Assembly (NCBI GenBank): GCA_965216465.1
Contig: CBDCFW010000006.1
Coordinates: 96,001 to 160,000 of the forward strand
Source of the DNA: Bacteroidia bacterium
GTDB lineage: Bacteria > Bacteroidota > Bacteroidia > NS11-12g > UBA9320
Direction of reading: 5' to 3'
Length of the DNA: 64,000 bases
This document shows, piece by piece, positions 62,863-64,000 of this stretch. Below the pieces are notes generated by a model. That model was not told the origin of the DNA and made no database searches. It saw nothing but the letters and a program-made list of their open reading frames with translations. Position numbers and translations under genes: made by a program. Numbering within the stretch: position 1 is the stretch's first letter; each line of letters begins with the position of its first letter.

Positions 62863-63195
62863 GTGAAAGATTTCATCTCGATAGAGGTACACGACCTAGA
62901 TGGTAAAACCCACAGCATAGAAGCACCAACCGACATGGGCTTTAATGTTATGGAAGCTTTAAGAGCCAATGAGATTCCAATCAAGGCCACGTGTGGGGGA
63001 ATGGCCATGTGTGCAACGTGCAACTGTATAGTGAAAAGTGACCACGAACTGCCCGACATGAGCGAAGCTGAAGAAGAAATGCTCGACGAAGCCTTTGTGC
63101 TTGATGTAGAAGGCAGCCGCTTAATGTGCCAAATCCCAGTGTCTGAAACAATTGATGGTCTCGTAATAGAGATGGGAGAACTCACCGCCGAATAA
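62863..63195 (+). CDS. 2Fe-2S ferredoxin (adrenodoxin type)
   Basis: CGGMAMCATC and SRLMCQ; GTG start 4 nt after TACTTTTG. Confidence 0.93.
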   Translation: MKDFISIEVHDLDGKTHSIEAPTDMGFNVMEALRANEIPIKATCGGMAMCATCNCIVKSDHELPDMSEAEEEMLDEAFVLDVEGSRLMCQIPVSETIDGLVIEMGELTAE

Positions 63196-63196
63196 A

Positions 63197-63682
63197 ATGA
63201 ATATAAGATCTGCAATATCGTCCGACATTAAAGCCATTGCAGATATTTACAATTATTACATCCTAAACACCGTCACCACTTTTGAGCTTGAAGCTATTGA
63301 TTATAGTGAAATGCAAAAAAGGGTCGAATCGATCCAAGAAAACTACCCCTTTTTAGTTGTTGAAATAGACGACGTAATTGTCGGATATGCCTATGCCACA
63401 AGATGGAAAGGACGAGCGGCATACGACTGGGCAGTTGAATCATCAATTTACTTGCTACATGGACAAGGCGGACAAGGTATAGGCAAGAAATTATATGCTG
63501 CGCTTTTGGACTTATTACAGGCTATAGGAATCAAAACGGTAATAGGCGGAATATCACTACCAAATGATGTCAGCATACGGCTCCATGAAAAATTAGGATT
63601 TCAGAAGGTTGGCGTGTTTAACCGTGTGGGATTCAAGCACGAAAAGTGGATTGATGTCGGCTATTGGCAACTGCATTTTTAA
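63197..63682 (+). CDS. GNAT N-acetyltransferase (phosphinothricin acetyltransferase/YncA-like)
   Basis: IYNYYI..TFE, VESSIYL, GQGIGKKLY, N.VS.RLHEKLGF, VGFK..W.DV. Confidence 0.9.
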   Translation: MNIRSAISSDIKAIADIYNYYILNTVTTFELEAIDYSEMQKRVESIQENYPFLVVEIDDVIVGYAYATRWKGRAAYDWAVESSIYLLHGQGGQGIGKKLYAALLDLLQAIGIKTVIGGISLPNDVSIRLHEKLGFQKVGVFNRVGFKHEKWIDVGYWQLHF

Positions 63683-63766
63683 GCTAAAAAAAGTGTGCTT
63701 AAAAGCAGTTTAAAAAAGGGTCAAAATGTGTGATTCTGAAGACACATTATATTTTCGGTGTAAATG

Positions 63767-63797
63767 TTTGAATTTCCAAAGCAAAAAATTACATTTG
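63767..63797 (+). promoter_or_regulatory. Consensus Bacteroidota promoter of rplM
   Basis: TTTG (63767-63770), 19-nt spacer, TACATTTG (63790-63797). Confidence 0.85.
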
Positions 63798-63830
63798 CAG
63801 CCCGATTTTTAAGAGTATAAAAATTTTATT

Positions 63831-64000
63831 GTGGACACATTATCATACAAAACCATTTCGGCTAACAGCAAAACCGTTGACAAACGTTGGGTTGTAGCAG
63901 ATGCCGAAGGTAAGACTTTAGGCCGTTTTTGTTCAGAAGTTGCGAAGGTTCTTCGTGGCAAAAACAAGGCAAACTTCACTCCTCATGTAGATTGTGGGGA
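63831..64000 (+). CDS. rplM: 50S ribosomal protein L13 (partial, runs off the window)
   Basis: Not in the ORF track. GTG start; [56 protein letters not shown]. Confidence 0.97.
   Translation, partial: MDTLSYKTISANSKTVDKRWVVADAEGKTLGRFCSEVAKVLRGKNKANFTPHVDCG

Overview
AT-rich, gene-dense chromosomal segment of a Bacteroidota bacterium. The assignment rests on SusC/SusD, T9SS cargo, DUF4290-murA synteny, TAnnTTTG promoters and no obvious Shine-Dalgarno motifs. Contents: the end of a BT2261-64-like SusCD operon; housekeeping genes (murA, grpE-dnaJ, dapA, ligA, crcB, tsaD, tamB, uvrC, pabB, cobB, lemA, murQ, rplM); a molybdopterin biosynthesis operon with an embedded TSUP transporter; a TonB receptor/two-protease/duplicated beta-barrel cluster; a TPR hybrid kinase; T9SS cargo genes; and a frameshifted PolB-type exonuclease. 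I saw no rRNA, tRNA, CRISPR array or mobile element. The most interesting unannotated signal is non-coding: two, possibly three, ORF-less promoter-to-terminator units of about 110-135 nt (~48.1 kb, ~53.3 kb, ~10.5 kb) carrying GU/UUAG-rich tracts. The first two share an upstream TGTCAGATTTA...CCC-N5-GGG element and may form a co-regulated sRNA family. Also notable: many near-leaderless promoters, a sigma-54 promoter with a TGTCA/TGACA palindrome before grpE-dnaJ, and probable non-canonical ACG and ATT starts. All calls are from motif reading by eye; no database searches were run.
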